Positions 9,444 through 19,075 of a stretch of DNA of 64,000 bases are shown here, piece after piece (position 1 is the stretch's first letter; the number at the start of each line of letters is the position of its first letter). This DNA comes from Candidatus Planktophila sp. (GTDB lineage: Bacteria > Actinomycetota > Actinomycetes > Nanopelagicales > Nanopelagicaceae), in NCBI GenBank assembly GCA_044348425.1, contig JBIKSV010000001.1, positions 2,079 to 66,078 on the forward strand. The letters run 5' to 3'. The notes beneath the pieces are model-generated. The model saw only the letters and a list, made by a program, of their open reading frames with translations. It was not told the origin of the DNA and ran no database searches. Position numbers and translations under genes: made by a program.

Positions 9444-11377
9444 GCAAAGCTAAATCATCTGCGATGGTTGTGATTCGACGCAGACTTTTACGTGCCGCAA
9501 TCTTCTTAGGTGGCTTCGGTTTTGTGGCTGGCTCAACTCTCTTCGCCCTTGCTTGGTTTACCGTTGATATTCCAGATCCCAACGCATATGTAAATAGTCA
9601 AGCCACGGTTATCCAGTATTCAAATGGTCAAGAGATTGGCCGCATTGGCGCCCAGAATCGCCAGATTTTGCCACTCGCGAAAATTCCATTGCGTCTGCGT
9701 TATGCAGTGATGGCGGCTGAAGATAAAAAGTTCTACTCAAATCGTGCATTTAGCGTCACGGGGTTAATCTCAGCAGTTGCAGATAACGTGCTTACCTTAG
9801 GAAAAGGTCGCGGCGGTTCTACTATCACGCAGCAGTATGCCAAAACCGCTTTCCTTACCCCTGAAAGAAGTATTCAACGTAAGATAAAAGAGTTGGTCAT
9901 TGCACTCAAGCTTGAAAACGCGATGACAAAAGATCAGATTCTTGAAAATTACCTCAATACTATTTACTTTGGCCGCGGTTCTTACGGTGTTCAGACTGCA
10001 GCACAACAATATTTCAATCGCAATGCTAATCAGTTATCAATTTCGCAATCTGCTGTAATTGCCAGCATCTTGCGATCACCAGGGCTCTATGATCCAGCGC
10101 TCGGTGGCGACAACCAAGCGCGCATTGAGGCGCGATTTAAGTATGTCATTGATGGAATGCTTGAAGAGAAATGGATCACCGAAGAAGAAGCAGCTGCAGC
10201 TAAGTTGCCGGTAATCGCACCACGCACCACAGGTGGTTCACTCAGTGGTCCAAAGGGTTACATCATTGATGCAGCACTTAAAGAGTTGAGCAAACTTGGT
10301 TTTTCTAATGAACAGTTAATGGTCGGCGGATATGTAATTAAAACGACCATCGTGCAGAAGGCACAAACTTCAGCGGTTGATGCAGTAAACAAGTTCTCTC
10401 CAAAAGATGCTCCTGAAAATCTTCATATTGGACTCGTAGCAATTCGGCCCGGTACTGGAGAAATCATCTCTATGTACGGCGGAAAAGATTATGTAGTTCG
10501 ACAGCTCAATGATGCGACGCAATCTATTGCGCTAGCTGGCTCCACCTTTAAGCCTTTTGCACTGATTGCGGCCCTTGAAGCGGGAATTCCACTTACCTCT
10601 ATGTGGAACGGTGATTCTCCACAAACTTTCGATGATTTAGGCCGCCCATATATTGTGAAAAATTATGGTGATGAAGGTTGGGGCCAGACCGATCTCCTTA
10701 ATGCCACACAGCACTCGATTAACACAATTTACGTCCCACTTGGAATGAAGGCAGGACTCGATAAAGTTGTTGATGTTGCGCGACGTTCTGGCATTCCAGA
10801 GAGCGTGGCAATGATTCCAACACCTTCAGTTTCATTGGGTGTAGCAAGCCCGCGCGTAATTGATGTTGCAAACTCATATGCAACTTTTGCCGCAAACGGA
10901 ATCTATGCAAAGCCTTATTTGATTGCATCTGTTGCGGGACCAAATAAAGGAATTCTTTACGAAGGCAAAGCAGAGACCCGCGAAGCATTTAGTGCAGAGG
11001 TTGCAGCAGATTTAACCTATGCACTTAAATCTGTGGTTAACGGCGGAACAGGTGCAGCAGCTCTTTCCCTTGGTCGACCAGCAGCTGGAAAGACCGGTAC
11101 ATCACAGTCCAATGCATCAGCGTGGTTTAGCGCTTACACCCCAGAGCTCGCAGCATCTGTTGCATTATTTAGAGATAGCGCTTCAGAGACTCTCAATGGA
11201 ATCGGTGGATTGACATCGGTTACTGGTGGATCATTCCCGGCGCGAATCTGGACGGCATTTATGAAGGGCGCGCTAAGGGGCGAACCCATTACAGAATTCC
11301 CAGCCCCTTCAAATATCGGCGGGCTTGATCCGATTGTGTACACCGATGGCGGCGTACAAACACCTAAAAAGAAATAA
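9440..11377 (+). CDS. ponA: class A penicillin-binding protein (transglycosylase/transpeptidase)
   Basis: AAED, GGSTITQQYAK, RKIKE, YLNTIYFG; STFK, SIN and KTG transpeptidase motifs. Confidence 0.93.
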   Translation: MSKAKSSAMVVIRRRLLRAAIFLGGFGFVAGSTLFALAWFTVDIPDPNAYVNSQATVIQYSNGQEIGRIGAQNRQILPLAKIPLRLRYAVMAAEDKKFYSNRAFSVTGLISAVADNVLTLGKGRGGSTITQQYAKTAFLTPERSIQRKIKELVIALKLENAMTKDQILENYLNTIYFGRGSYGVQTAAQQYFNRNANQLSISQSAVIASILRSPGLYDPALGGDNQARIEARFKYVIDGMLEEKWITEEEAAAAKLPVIAPRTTGGSLSGPKGYIIDAALKELSKLGFSNEQLMVGGYVIKTTIVQKAQTSAVDAVNKFSPKDAPENLHIGLVAIRPGTGEIISMYGGKDYVVRQLNDATQSIALAGSTFKPFALIAALEAGIPLTSMWNGDSPQTFDDLGRPYIVKNYGDEGWGQTDLLNATQHSINTIYVPLGMKAGLDKVVDVARRSGIPESVAMIPTPSVSLGVASPRVIDVANSYATFAANGIYAKPYLIASVAGPNKGILYEGKAETREAFSAEVAADLTYALKSVVNGGTGAAALSLGRPAAGKTGTSQSNASAWFSAYTPELAASVALFRDSASETLNGIGGLTSVTGGSFPARIWTAFMKGALRGEPITEFPAPSNIGGLDPIVYTDGGVQTPKKK

Positions 11378-11391
11378 GCAGACCGCAAAGA

Positions 11392-12597
11392 ATGCGCTCC
11401 ACTGCTCGTGTTGCAACAGTTCGAATAGTTCTTGCTCTAGCAATACTTGCGACCGTACTTTCGTACTTTAAATTCAACCATTGCGAAGATAATAATTTTG
11501 CAGGCCCAGATCAATATATTCACGCTTGTTATTCAGATTTACCTGCCCTCTTTAGCGAAAGAGCTTTTGGGCAAGGAGAATGGGCGTTTTCAGGTGGCGA
11601 TCAAGCCGCTGAATATCCTGCGCTACAAGGATTGGTTATGTGGGCGACTGCCCAGATATCAAGTGATAGCCCAATAACTTACTTCAGGATAAATATATTT
11701 TTAATTGCACTTCTCTTTGTTGCATCAGCTTTTATTCTCTATCGAATTCGCCCCGACCTCTCTTATCTCTATGCGATAGCTCCAACAGGGATTGCTGCCC
11801 TCTTCATCAATTGGGATCTCTGGGCGATTGTGACGATGTTGCTTTCAATTTATTGGTTTGACCGAAAACGCGAAACACTCAGCGCAGTAATTTTGGCAAT
11901 TTCGATTGCCACAAAGTTTTTCCCGATAGTTCTGCTCTTACCGGTAGCAATTATTTTTCTACGCCGCCAAGATATTCGAGGCGCAATCAGATATATCGTA
12001 TTAACTCTTTCAGTATTTGTTGCAATTAATATTCCATTTGCACTAACCACCCCACAAGGGTGGTGGCGATTCTATGAACTCAATCTCGAGCGCAAAGCTG
12101 ATTGGGGTTCGCTCTGGTATGCCCTCAGCGTGCTCGGCTTAGATTTAGCAGCAATAAATTATCTATCGATACTTACCTTACTCATTGTGATTACAGCCGT
12201 CTCTATCTTTCTCCTGCAGGTTGAGCGAACGTTGTCACTATCTGAGAGTGCGCTCTATATATTTATTGGAGTAATGGCGGTGAGCAAGGTTTACTCACCG
12301 CAATTTGTACTGTGGTTGGCTCCTCTTGTAATTCTCGCGCTCAGAGATAAACGAGATCTTCCCTGGTTCTGGGGTTGGCAGATTGCTGAAATCGGTTATC
12401 ACATTGCGATTTGGCAACATCTGGCTCTCTTAACAGGTGCGACCTACGGGCTCTCAGTGAAGGCATATGCGGTATTTATCCTTATTCGAATTGCCGCCTC
12501 AATCGCCTTGGGCATAGCGCTCGCCCGCCGCCATAAGCGTAGAGATGAGCCCTGGGCGACCGAATTTCTCTTATCCAGCGCCTCGAGTTACCCTTAA
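11392..12597 (+). CDS. GT87-family integral membrane glycosyltransferase (DUF2029)
   Basis: HACYSD, EYP, NWDL, KVYSPQF motifs; typical position between ponA and rpsF. Confidence 0.8.
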   Translation: MRSTARVATVRIVLALAILATVLSYFKFNHCEDNNFAGPDQYIHACYSDLPALFSERAFGQGEWAFSGGDQAAEYPALQGLVMWATAQISSDSPITYFRINIFLIALLFVASAFILYRIRPDLSYLYAIAPTGIAALFINWDLWAIVTMLLSIYWFDRKRETLSAVILAISIATKFFPIVLLLPVAIIFLRRQDIRGAIRYIVLTLSVFVAINIPFALTTPQGWWRFYELNLERKADWGSLWYALSVLGLDLAAINYLSILTLLIVITAVSIFLLQVERTLSLSESALYIFIGVMAVSKVYSPQFVLWLAPLVILALRDKRDLPWFWGWQIAEIGYHIAIWQHLALLTGATYGLSVKAYAVFILIRIAASIALGIALARRHKRRDEPWATEFLLSSASSYP

Positions 12598-12638
12598 CCT
12601 CCCTTCAATAAGGCCATCCGGCCTTTGAGATAGGGCTT

Positions 12639-12699
12639 TTAACCCTCCTGTCACGGAAATCCCGTGGCCGTCTTAGTCCAGAGGAGGTCGGGTTAACAC
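12639..12699 (+). ncRNA. putative S6:S18 autoregulatory leader of the rpsF-ssb-rpsR-rplI operon
   Basis: CCCTCCT (12643-49) can pair with GAGGAGG (12681-87), enclosing the hairpin tcacgg-aaatc-ccgtgg followed by CCG, the layout of the known S6:S18-binding motif. Confidence 0.7.
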
Positions 12700-12984
12700 A
12701 TGCGTCACTATGAACTCATGATCATTCTTGATCCAGATCTAGAAGAACGTACAGTCACACCATCACTTGAGACATATCTCAAGATCATCAAAGATAGCGG
12801 CGGCGCCGTTAATAAGCTCGATGTTTGGGGCAAGCGCCGTATGTCATTCGAGATAAATAAGAAGGGTGAAGGCATCTACGCAGTTGCAGATATGAACTGT
12901 GAGCCTGCCGCAATCAAGGAGCTTGATCGTCAGCTCAACTTGAATGAATCCATCCTTCGCACCAAAGTAATCCGCCCCGAGTAA
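12700..12984 (+). CDS. rpsF: 30S ribosomal protein S6
   Basis: [12 protein letters not shown]...WGKRR... Confidence 0.97.
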   Translation: MRHYELMIILDPDLEERTVTPSLETYLKIIKDSGGAVNKLDVWGKRRMSFEINKKGEGIYAVADMNCEPAAIKELDRQLNLNESILRTKVIRPE

Positions 12985-13025
12985 TCGGTAGAACTATCCA
13001 CAACTCTCGGAATTGCTTCCAAGAA

Positions 13026-13048
13026 ATGTGGGTGGAGACGGGTAACTT
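13026..13048 (+). promoter_or_regulatory. RecA-NDp (PafBC-type) promoter-like element upstream of ssb
   Basis: aTGTGGGTG-N8-TAACTT versus the actinobacterial consensus tTGTCRgtg-N8-TAnnnT. Confidence 0.55.
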
Positions 13049-13115
13049 AATCGCACGGACTCAACCAGTAGAGAACCCCAACAGGTTCTGATATCAGAGA
13101 ATAGAAGGTAAAAAA

Positions 13116-13628
13116 ATGGCAGCAGGAGATACAACAATCACATTAATCGGCAACCTCGTTGACGATCCAGAGCTTCGCTTTACCCCATCGGGTGCAGCGG
13201 TAGCTAAATTCCGCGTTGCTTCAACCCCTCGTTATTTAGATCGAACAACTAACGAGTGGAAAGATGGCGAGAGCCTCTTCCTTCAATGCAATATCTGGCG
13301 TCAAGCTGCTGAGAATGTTGCTGAGTCATTGACCAAGGGAATGCGCGTCATTCTTACTGGTCGACTTAAGCAGCGTTCATATGAGACAAAAGAAGGCGAG
13401 AAGCGCACAGTCTTCGAGGTAGAGGTAGATGAAGTAGGTCCATCACTTCGCAATGCAACAGCAAAGGTCACTCGTACACAACGAGCAGCCGGCGCCGCAG
13501 GCGGAAATGGAGGGGGCTTCTCAGCTCCCGCTGCTGATTTTGCTGATGATCCTTGGGCTGCAGCTTCAACGTCACCAGCCGGTGGTGGATGGGGATCTCC
13601 ATCTACAACCGACGAACCTCCATTTTAA
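13116..13628 (+). CDS. ssb: single-stranded DNA-binding protein
   Basis: [15 protein letters not shown]; acidic DEPPF C-terminus. Confidence 0.97.
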   Translation: MAAGDTTITLIGNLVDDPELRFTPSGAAVAKFRVASTPRYLDRTTNEWKDGESLFLQCNIWRQAAENVAESLTKGMRVILTGRLKQRSYETKEGEKRTVFEVEVDEVGPSLRNATAKVTRTQRAAGAAGGNGGGFSAPAADFADDPWAAASTSPAGGGWGSPSTTDEPPF

Positions 13629-13701
13629 AAAATTAAACCAATCAACAATCCATTCCTACCAACTTATTTAGTAAGCGTAGGGCCCGAAAAGGAGCACCAT
13701 A

Positions 13702-13989
13702 ATGGGAGCAAGAAATAACCGTAATCTCAAAGAGATTAAGAATAAGGGCGCAAAAGCCGCTGCCCTTAATAAGAAATTCAAGAAGAAGCCTTGCAGCTTC
13801 TGCCGTGACAAGGTCACATATATCGATTACAAAGATATTGCGACACTTCGTAAGTACATCTCAGATCGCGGCAAGATCCGCGCTCGCCGTGTCACCGGTG
13901 CATGTACACAACATCAGCGCGCAGTAGCAACAGCTGTCAAGAACAGCCGTGAAGTTGCTCTACTGCCTTACACATCTTCAGCGAAGTAA
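13702..13989 (+). CDS. rpsR: 30S ribosomal protein S18 (zinc-binding C+ form)
   Basis: CSFC...IDYKD...ISDRGKI...GACTQHQR. Confidence 0.96.
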   Translation: MGARNNRNLKEIKNKGAKAAALNKKFKKKPCSFCRDKVTYIDYKDIATLRKYISDRGKIRARRVTGACTQHQRAVATAVKNSREVALLPYTSSAK

Positions 13990-14004
13990 GGAGATAAGCC
14001 AACT

Positions 14005-14451
14005 ATGAAACTTATTCTTACTCGCGAAGTAGCAAAGCTCGGCGTAGCCGGAGATGTTGTTACAGTAAAAGATGGTTATGCACGTAACTTCCTTCTCCCA
14101 CGTGGTGCAGCTATTGCATGGACACAGGGTGGAGAGAAGCAGATCGAAGGTATCCGTCGTTCACGCGCAGCGCGCGAGATCCGCGATATCGATCACGCTA
14201 AAGAGATTAAGGCGACTCTCGAGTCAGCTAAGGTCACTGTTGCGGTTAAGACAGGTGTTGCAGGTCGCCTCTTCGGTTCAGTAACCGATAAGGACATCGC
14301 AGCAGCTATCAAGAGCACAACAAAGCTTGATATCGATCGCCACACAATTAAGACAACCGGCCACATCAAGAAGGTTGGCTCATACTCTGTAAAGGTTTCA
14401 CTCGGACATAACATCGTCGCGACTGTTGCTTTCTCAGTAGTAGCTGCTTAA
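14005..14451 (+). CDS. rplI: 50S ribosomal protein L9
   Basis: MKLILT...LG..GDVVTVKDGYARNFLLP. Confidence 0.97.
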   Translation: MKLILTREVAKLGVAGDVVTVKDGYARNFLLPRGAAIAWTQGGEKQIEGIRRSRAAREIRDIDHAKEIKATLESAKVTVAVKTGVAGRLFGSVTDKDIAAAIKSTTKLDIDRHTIKTTGHIKKVGSYSVKVSLGHNIVATVAFSVVAA

Positions 14452-14466
14452 TACTCAGTTCTCTAC

Positions 14467-14504
14467 AAGAAACACCCTCACCGTACGCGGTGGGGGTGTT
14501 TCTT
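14467..14504 (+). terminator. intrinsic terminator after rplI
   Basis: aagaaacaccctcaccg-tacg-cggtgggggtgtttctt stem-loop followed by a pyrimidine tract. Confidence 0.85.
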
Positions 14505-14505
14505 A

Positions 14506-14548
14506 CTTTCTCTCTCGCTTTCTCTCTCGCTTTCTCTCTCGCTTTCTC
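14506..14548. repeat. 12-bp tandem repeat (CTTTCTCTCTCG) x3.6
   Basis: Perfect units at 14506, 14518 and 14530, plus a partial unit at 14542. Confidence 0.95.
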
Positions 14549-14607
14549 AAGGTGTGAGATTGCTCGAAGAAATATCTCTCCACAGCGACTTACGCCTAAA
14601 GTCGGGG

Positions 14608-14692
14608 TTATCCACCAGAATCGCTTCTTATCCACACCTTATCCCCAGCTATCTACACAGGAAAGCGCGACTTACCCACAGTCTTACCCACA
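14608..14692 (+). promoter_or_regulatory. cluster of six co-oriented DnaA-box-like 9-mers
   Basis: TTATCCACC 14608, TTATCCACA 14628 (perfect), TTATCCCCA 14639, CTATCTACA 14649, TTACCCACA 14672, TTACCCACA 14684. Confidence 0.8.
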
Positions 14693-14705
14693 CCCTCCTT
14701 CGCTT

Positions 14706-14728
14706 TTGTCGGTGGAAGGTGGGAAGTT
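14706..14728 (+). promoter_or_regulatory. RecA-NDp (PafBC-type) promoter-like element for a probably leaderless dnaB
   Basis: TTGTCGGTG-N8-GAAGTT-N6-GTG start. Confidence 0.6.
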
Positions 14729-14734
14729 TCACCC

Positions 14735-16207
14735 GTGAGCATCGCTGAATTCCCATCCAACACCCCCCGTAGCGTCGGGGTTGAATTCGAGCGTACCCCG
14801 CCGCAAGATTTACAAGCAGAACAATCTGTTCTCGGTGGAATGTTGTTATCAAAAGATGCGATTGCAGATGTTGTTGAAGTTTTACGTTCGCGCGATTTCT
14901 ATCGACCTGCTCACGAATTAATCTTCGAAGCAGTTCTTGATCTCTATGGACGCGGCGAACCGGCAGATGCAATCACTGTCTCTGCTGAACTTACAAAGCG
15001 TGGCGAGATTGCACGCGCAGGCGGCGCACCTTATCTACACACACTTATCTCATCTGTTCCAACCGCTGCTAACGCTGGTTACTACGCAAAGATTGTTCTT
15101 GATCATGCAATTATGCGCCGACTCGTTGAGGCCGGAACAAAAGTTGTTCAACTTGGTTATGATCAAAATGGCGAAGTAGATGATGCGGTAGATGCAGCAC
15201 AAGCAGAGATCTATGCAGTTACAGAGCGACGTTCATCAGAAGATTATGTTCAACTCAATACCTTACTTCCACAAGCACTCGATGAGATTGAGGCAATCTC
15301 AAAAGGAAATGGAGTCGAAGGCGTTAAGTCAGGTTTCCGTGATCTCGATGCGCTGACCCACGGTTTCCATCCTGGCAACATGATTATCCTTGCAGCACGT
15401 CCTGCAGTTGGTAAATCAACTCTTGGTCTTGATATTGCCCGACATGCAGCGATTCACGATAATCAAACCGCAGTGATCTTCTCTCTCGAAATGTCGCGCT
15501 CTGAAATCACGATGCGTATGTTATCTGCTGAAGCACGAGTAGGACTTAACAATATTCGCTCTGGTCAACTCAGCGATGATGAGTGGGCAAAGCTTGCACG
15601 ACGTATGGGAGAAATCTCAGATGCACCACTTTTTATCGATGACTCTCCCAATCTTTCAATGATGGAGATCCGCGCAAAGGCGCGTCGACTCAAGCAACGC
15701 CACGACCTTAAACTCATTGTTATCGATTACCTACAGTTGATGACATCAGGTAAAAAAGTTGAAAACCGCCAACAGGAAGTTTCGGAGTTCTCACGTCAGA
15801 TTAAATTGATGGCTAAAGAGCTTAATGTCCCTGTTATTGCTATCTCTCAGCTCAACCGCGGTCCTGAACAACGCTCTGATAAGAAGCCTTTGCTCTCAGA
15901 TCTTCGCGAATCAGGTTCTATCGAACAAGATGCTGACGTCGTAATTCTTCTGCACCGTGAAGATATGTACGATGCACAGAATCGTGCAGGCGAGGCAGAT
16001 CTCCATGTTGCTAAGCACCGTAATGGTCCTACACGAACAATCCCTGTCTCAGCCCAACTTCACTTTGCACGATTCTTCGACCTTGCACAATCAGCGCCAA
16101 TGCGATCATTTGATGAACCTAAGAGCGCACCTGCAGGATATGTACCAACATCACCGTATGGAGATCAACAACCATCCGAACCTGGTGATGGCGGTTGGAA
16201 CGAATAA
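14735..16207 (+). CDS. dnaB: replicative DNA helicase (no intein)
   Basis: AARPAVGKS Walker A, FSLEMS, VIDYLQL, SQLNR, SDLRESGSIEQDAD. Confidence 0.97.
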   Translation: MSIAEFPSNTPRSVGVEFERTPPQDLQAEQSVLGGMLLSKDAIADVVEVLRSRDFYRPAHELIFEAVLDLYGRGEPADAITVSAELTKRGEIARAGGAPYLHTLISSVPTAANAGYYAKIVLDHAIMRRLVEAGTKVVQLGYDQNGEVDDAVDAAQAEIYAVTERRSSEDYVQLNTLLPQALDEIEAISKGNGVEGVKSGFRDLDALTHGFHPGNMIILAARPAVGKSTLGLDIARHAAIHDNQTAVIFSLEMSRSEITMRMLSAEARVGLNNIRSGQLSDDEWAKLARRMGEISDAPLFIDDSPNLSMMEIRAKARRLKQRHDLKLIVIDYLQLMTSGKKVENRQQEVSEFSRQIKLMAKELNVPVIAISQLNRGPEQRSDKKPLLSDLRESGSIEQDADVVILLHREDMYDAQNRAGEADLHVAKHRNGPTRTIPVSAQLHFARFFDLAQSAPMRSFDEPKSAPAGYVPTSPYGDQQPSEPGDGGWNE

Positions 16208-16209
16208 GT

Positions 16210-17130
16210 TTAAGCTGTAACCGATTTACTTCGATCTGCGATATAGATTCCGATAAGCACAACAAGAGCGCCCATTAATTGGATTAAATCCCAACCCTGA
16301 TTGAGCCAAACCCAAGCAAGAGCGCCAGCTAAGACAGGTTCAATCATTCCTAAAACACTGCTCTTCGATGCACTTAAAATGCGTAACCCGCTGACAACAA
16401 AGAGATAAGGAACGATTGTTCCCATTACAACAATCCAAAGCAACAAGACCCATCCTGGATATTGATTGCCGGCTAGGTACCCATGGAGATCTAGCTTCGC
16501 AGAGAAAACATCGGTTGGAAAGTTCCAGATGGGGAGAACTAAAATCCAGAAAATCGAAGCCACACCCAAACCAATAATGGTTGAACCCATGGGATGGCGA
16601 GTCTTGCCAAATTTTTCACCCATTAAAAAATAACCAGCTAAGGCGAATGCGCTTCCGAGTGCTGCGGCAAGTCCTAAGAGATCGAATTTAAAGCCATCCC
16701 AAATCTTTGTAAGAAGAACCAACCCGATGAGAGAGAGCCCGATAGCTATCCACATATCTTCGCTGACGTTGCCCCTGCGAACATATTTGATCCAGAGCGC
16801 GACCCAGATTGGGGCGGTGAATTCGATAACAAGAACGAGGCCAAGCGGAAGCCCGCGTTCGATACCAAGGAAATAACCCACATTTACAAGGGCAAATCCA
16901 ACGACGCCCAAGGCTATTGCCAGAGGGATATCTGCTTTTGATAAACGCAAGAGTTCGCGCCTAAAGATAAGAGCGAAGATAAGGAGAAGAATAAATGCAG
17001 AGATGGCACGAATCTGGGCAAGTCGAAAGGCAGAGAGTTCTTCAAGTACGACAGTTGAGACAATTCCGTTAACAGAAAAAGTTAAGGCGCCGAGAAAGAT
17101 ATAAAGCTCGCCGCGATGACTTTTTAACAC
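16210..17130 (-). CDS. EamA/DMT family transporter
   Basis: About 10 TM segments in two EamA repeats; IEFTAP and IEPV motifs. Confidence 0.85.
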   Translation of the reverse strand: MLKSHRGELYIFLGALTFSVNGIVSTVVLEELSAFRLAQIRAISAFILLLIFALIFRRELLRLSKADIPLAIALGVVGFALVNVGYFLGIERGLPLGLVLVIEFTAPIWVALWIKYVRRGNVSEDMWIAIGLSLIGLVLLTKIWDGFKFDLLGLAAALGSAFALAGYFLMGEKFGKTRHPMGSTIIGLGVASIFWILVLPIWNFPTDVFSAKLDLHGYLAGNQYPGWVLLLWIVVMGTIVPYLFVVSGLRILSASKSSVLGMIEPVLAGALAWVWLNQGWDLIQLMGALVVLIGIYIADRSKSVTA

Positions 17131-17139
17131 GCGGCGAGC
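17094..17139 (-). terminator. putative intrinsic terminator overlapping the EamA start codon
   Basis: Minus strand gctcgccgcg-N14-cgcggcgagc-tttatatctttc (10-bp perfect GC-rich stem plus U-rich tail), 26 nt past the acyl-CoA dehydrogenase stop. Confidence 0.55.
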
Positions 17140-17165
17140 CTATCTTATGAAATGGTCAAAATTGC

Positions 17166-18992
17166 CTAGAAAGCACCCTCTGCAATATCCATAATTGCAT
17201 TATCTGTTGCTTCAACAATCTTGCGATCAGCTGTGATGTGCGGAAGAACGGTGCTTACAAAGAATTTAGCTGATGCAATTTTTCCGGTGTAGAAATCTGC
17301 ATCTTTGCCAGTAGCTGTTGGAAGCTTCTCTGCAGCAATATCTGCTTGACGTAGAAGTAACCAAGAGATGATCACATCACCGACGGCCATGAGCGCACGA
17401 GATGTGCTGAGGCCGACCTTATAAATCTCATCTGACTTTTCTTGTGATGCCATGGCGTGACCAACAAGTACACCGATGATTCCGTTGAGATCACCGAGTG
17501 CTTTAGCGAGTGCTTGCTTTTCTGCTGCGTGCACTCCACCAGTTTCAGTAAAAGCTTGAATCTCTTTGCCTAGTAAGCCAAGTGCGCGACCGCCATCTTT
17601 AACAACCTTGCGGAAGAAGAAATCTAGTCCCTGGATTGCAGTTGTGCCTTCGTATAAGGTATCAATTTTGGCATCGCGAACATATTGTTCGAGTGGCCAA
17701 TCTTGCGTAAACCCAGCTCCACCAAATGTCTGTAGTGATTCTGTTCCGAGTAGAGTCCATGAACGCTCTGAACCAAAACCCTTTACAACAGGGAGCAAGA
17801 GATCATTGAGCGCTTCCATCTTTGCCAACTTATCTTCATCGCCAGCAGCGCGTGCAAGTTCGATTTCATCCTGAATTGTGGCGGTGTAGAGAACGAGAGC
17901 TCTCATGCCTTCAGAATATGACTTTTGCACCATCAGCGAACGGCGCACATCTGGGTGATGAATGATTGTCACACGTGGTGAAGCTTTATCGTTCATTACC
18001 TTCATATCGCCACCTTGCACACGAGTCTTGGCATAAGCCAACGCCTGCTGATAACCAGCCGAAAGTGTTGCAATAGCTTTTGTACCAACCATCATGCGAG
18101 CAAACTCAATAATCTTAAACATCTGTGCGATACCTTCATGGACATCTCCTAAGAGATAACCAACAGCAGGTTCTTTCTCGCCTAGATTTACTTCACAAGT
18201 GGCAGAGACGTTAAGTCCCATCTTGTTTTCAACACCAGTGACATATACACCGTTACGTTTTCCGAGGTCACCAGTTTTGTGATCAAACATAAACTTTGGA
18301 ATCAAGAAGAGCGATAGACCTTTAGTACCTGGTCCACCACCTTCGCGACGAGCCAGAGTGAAGTGCATAATGTTTTCGTAGATATCAGCATCACCAGAAG
18401 TGATGTAGCGCTTTGTGCCGGTGATATGCCATGTGCCATCAGGTTGTTGCACCGCCTTAGTGCGACCAGCACCAACATCAGAGCCAGCATCTGGTTCTGT
18501 TAATTGCATCGTTGCACCCCAGTGGCGCTCGACCATGTGCTTGGCAAAGATTTTCTGTTCTGGTGTACCCAATACATAAGCAACGTGTGCAAAGGCATAA
18601 CCAGATGCGTAGATGTGAATTGCTGGGTTAGAACCAAGAACCATCTCTGCAATTGCCCAACGAAGTGATGGAGGGACTCTTGTGCCACCGAGTTCGACTG
18701 GTGCATCAAGGCTCCACCAACCTTGGTCAACAAATGCCTTGTAAGATTTTTTGAAACTCTCTGGCAGCTTTATCTCGCCAGTTGCTTTATCAAAGTTTGT
18801 TCCGATGCGATCGCCATCAACAAAAGATGCAGCGAGATCGTTTTCGGTAATGCGCTTAATCTCATCGAGCATTCCGGTAGCGGTATCCCTATCGATTTCA
18901 GAGTAGAGAGAGGTACCGAGAATCTTCTCGCGACCGAAGAGGTCGAAGAGGCAGAATTCGATATCGCGGGTATTTGATATGTAATGGCTCAT
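17166..18992 (-). CDS. acyl-CoA dehydrogenase (FadE5-like)
   Basis: [34 protein letters not shown]. Confidence 0.92.
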   Translation of the reverse strand: MSHYISNTRDIEFCLFDLFGREKILGTSLYSEIDRDTATGMLDEIKRITENDLAASFVDGDRIGTNFDKATGEIKLPESFKKSYKAFVDQGWWSLDAPVELGGTRVPPSLRWAIAEMVLGSNPAIHIYASGYAFAHVAYVLGTPEQKIFAKHMVERHWGATMQLTEPDAGSDVGAGRTKAVQQPDGTWHITGTKRYITSGDADIYENIMHFTLARREGGGPGTKGLSLFLIPKFMFDHKTGDLGKRNGVYVTGVENKMGLNVSATCEVNLGEKEPAVGYLLGDVHEGIAQMFKIIEFARMMVGTKAIATLSAGYQQALAYAKTRVQGGDMKVMNDKASPRVTIIHHPDVRRSLMVQKSYSEGMRALVLYTATIQDEIELARAAGDEDKLAKMEALNDLLLPVVKGFGSERSWTLLGTESLQTFGGAGFTQDWPLEQYVRDAKIDTLYEGTTAIQGLDFFFRKVVKDGGRALGLLGKEIQAFTETGGVHAAEKQALAKALGDLNGIIGVLVGHAMASQEKSDEIYKVGLSTSRALMAVGDVIISWLLLRQADIAAEKLPTATGKDADFYTGKIASAKFFVSTVLPHITADRKIVEATDNAIMDIAEGAF

Positions 18993-19075
18993 GGCGGTAT
19001 TTTCCTACCGACCAGTAACTTGCGCAAGTGGTGGCGGTCAGCTTTTTGCTAGGCCCCAGATAGTAGGCTCGGCGC

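Noticed and set aside
14506-14548. Possible CRISPR or iteron array
   Set aside because: Contiguous 12-bp units with no spacers, and no cas or rep gene nearby.
14366-14738. ORFs 14366-14635 (-) and 14490-14738 (+) with EKAR / FSLA repeats
   Set aside because: They are translations of the terminator, the 12-bp repeat and the DnaA boxes, not plausible proteins.
19005-19019. Imperfect palindrome CTACCGACCAGTAAC upstream of the acyl-CoA dehydrogenase
   Set aside because: Could be a TetR-type operator, but it is a single short weak instance with no cognate regulator in the window.
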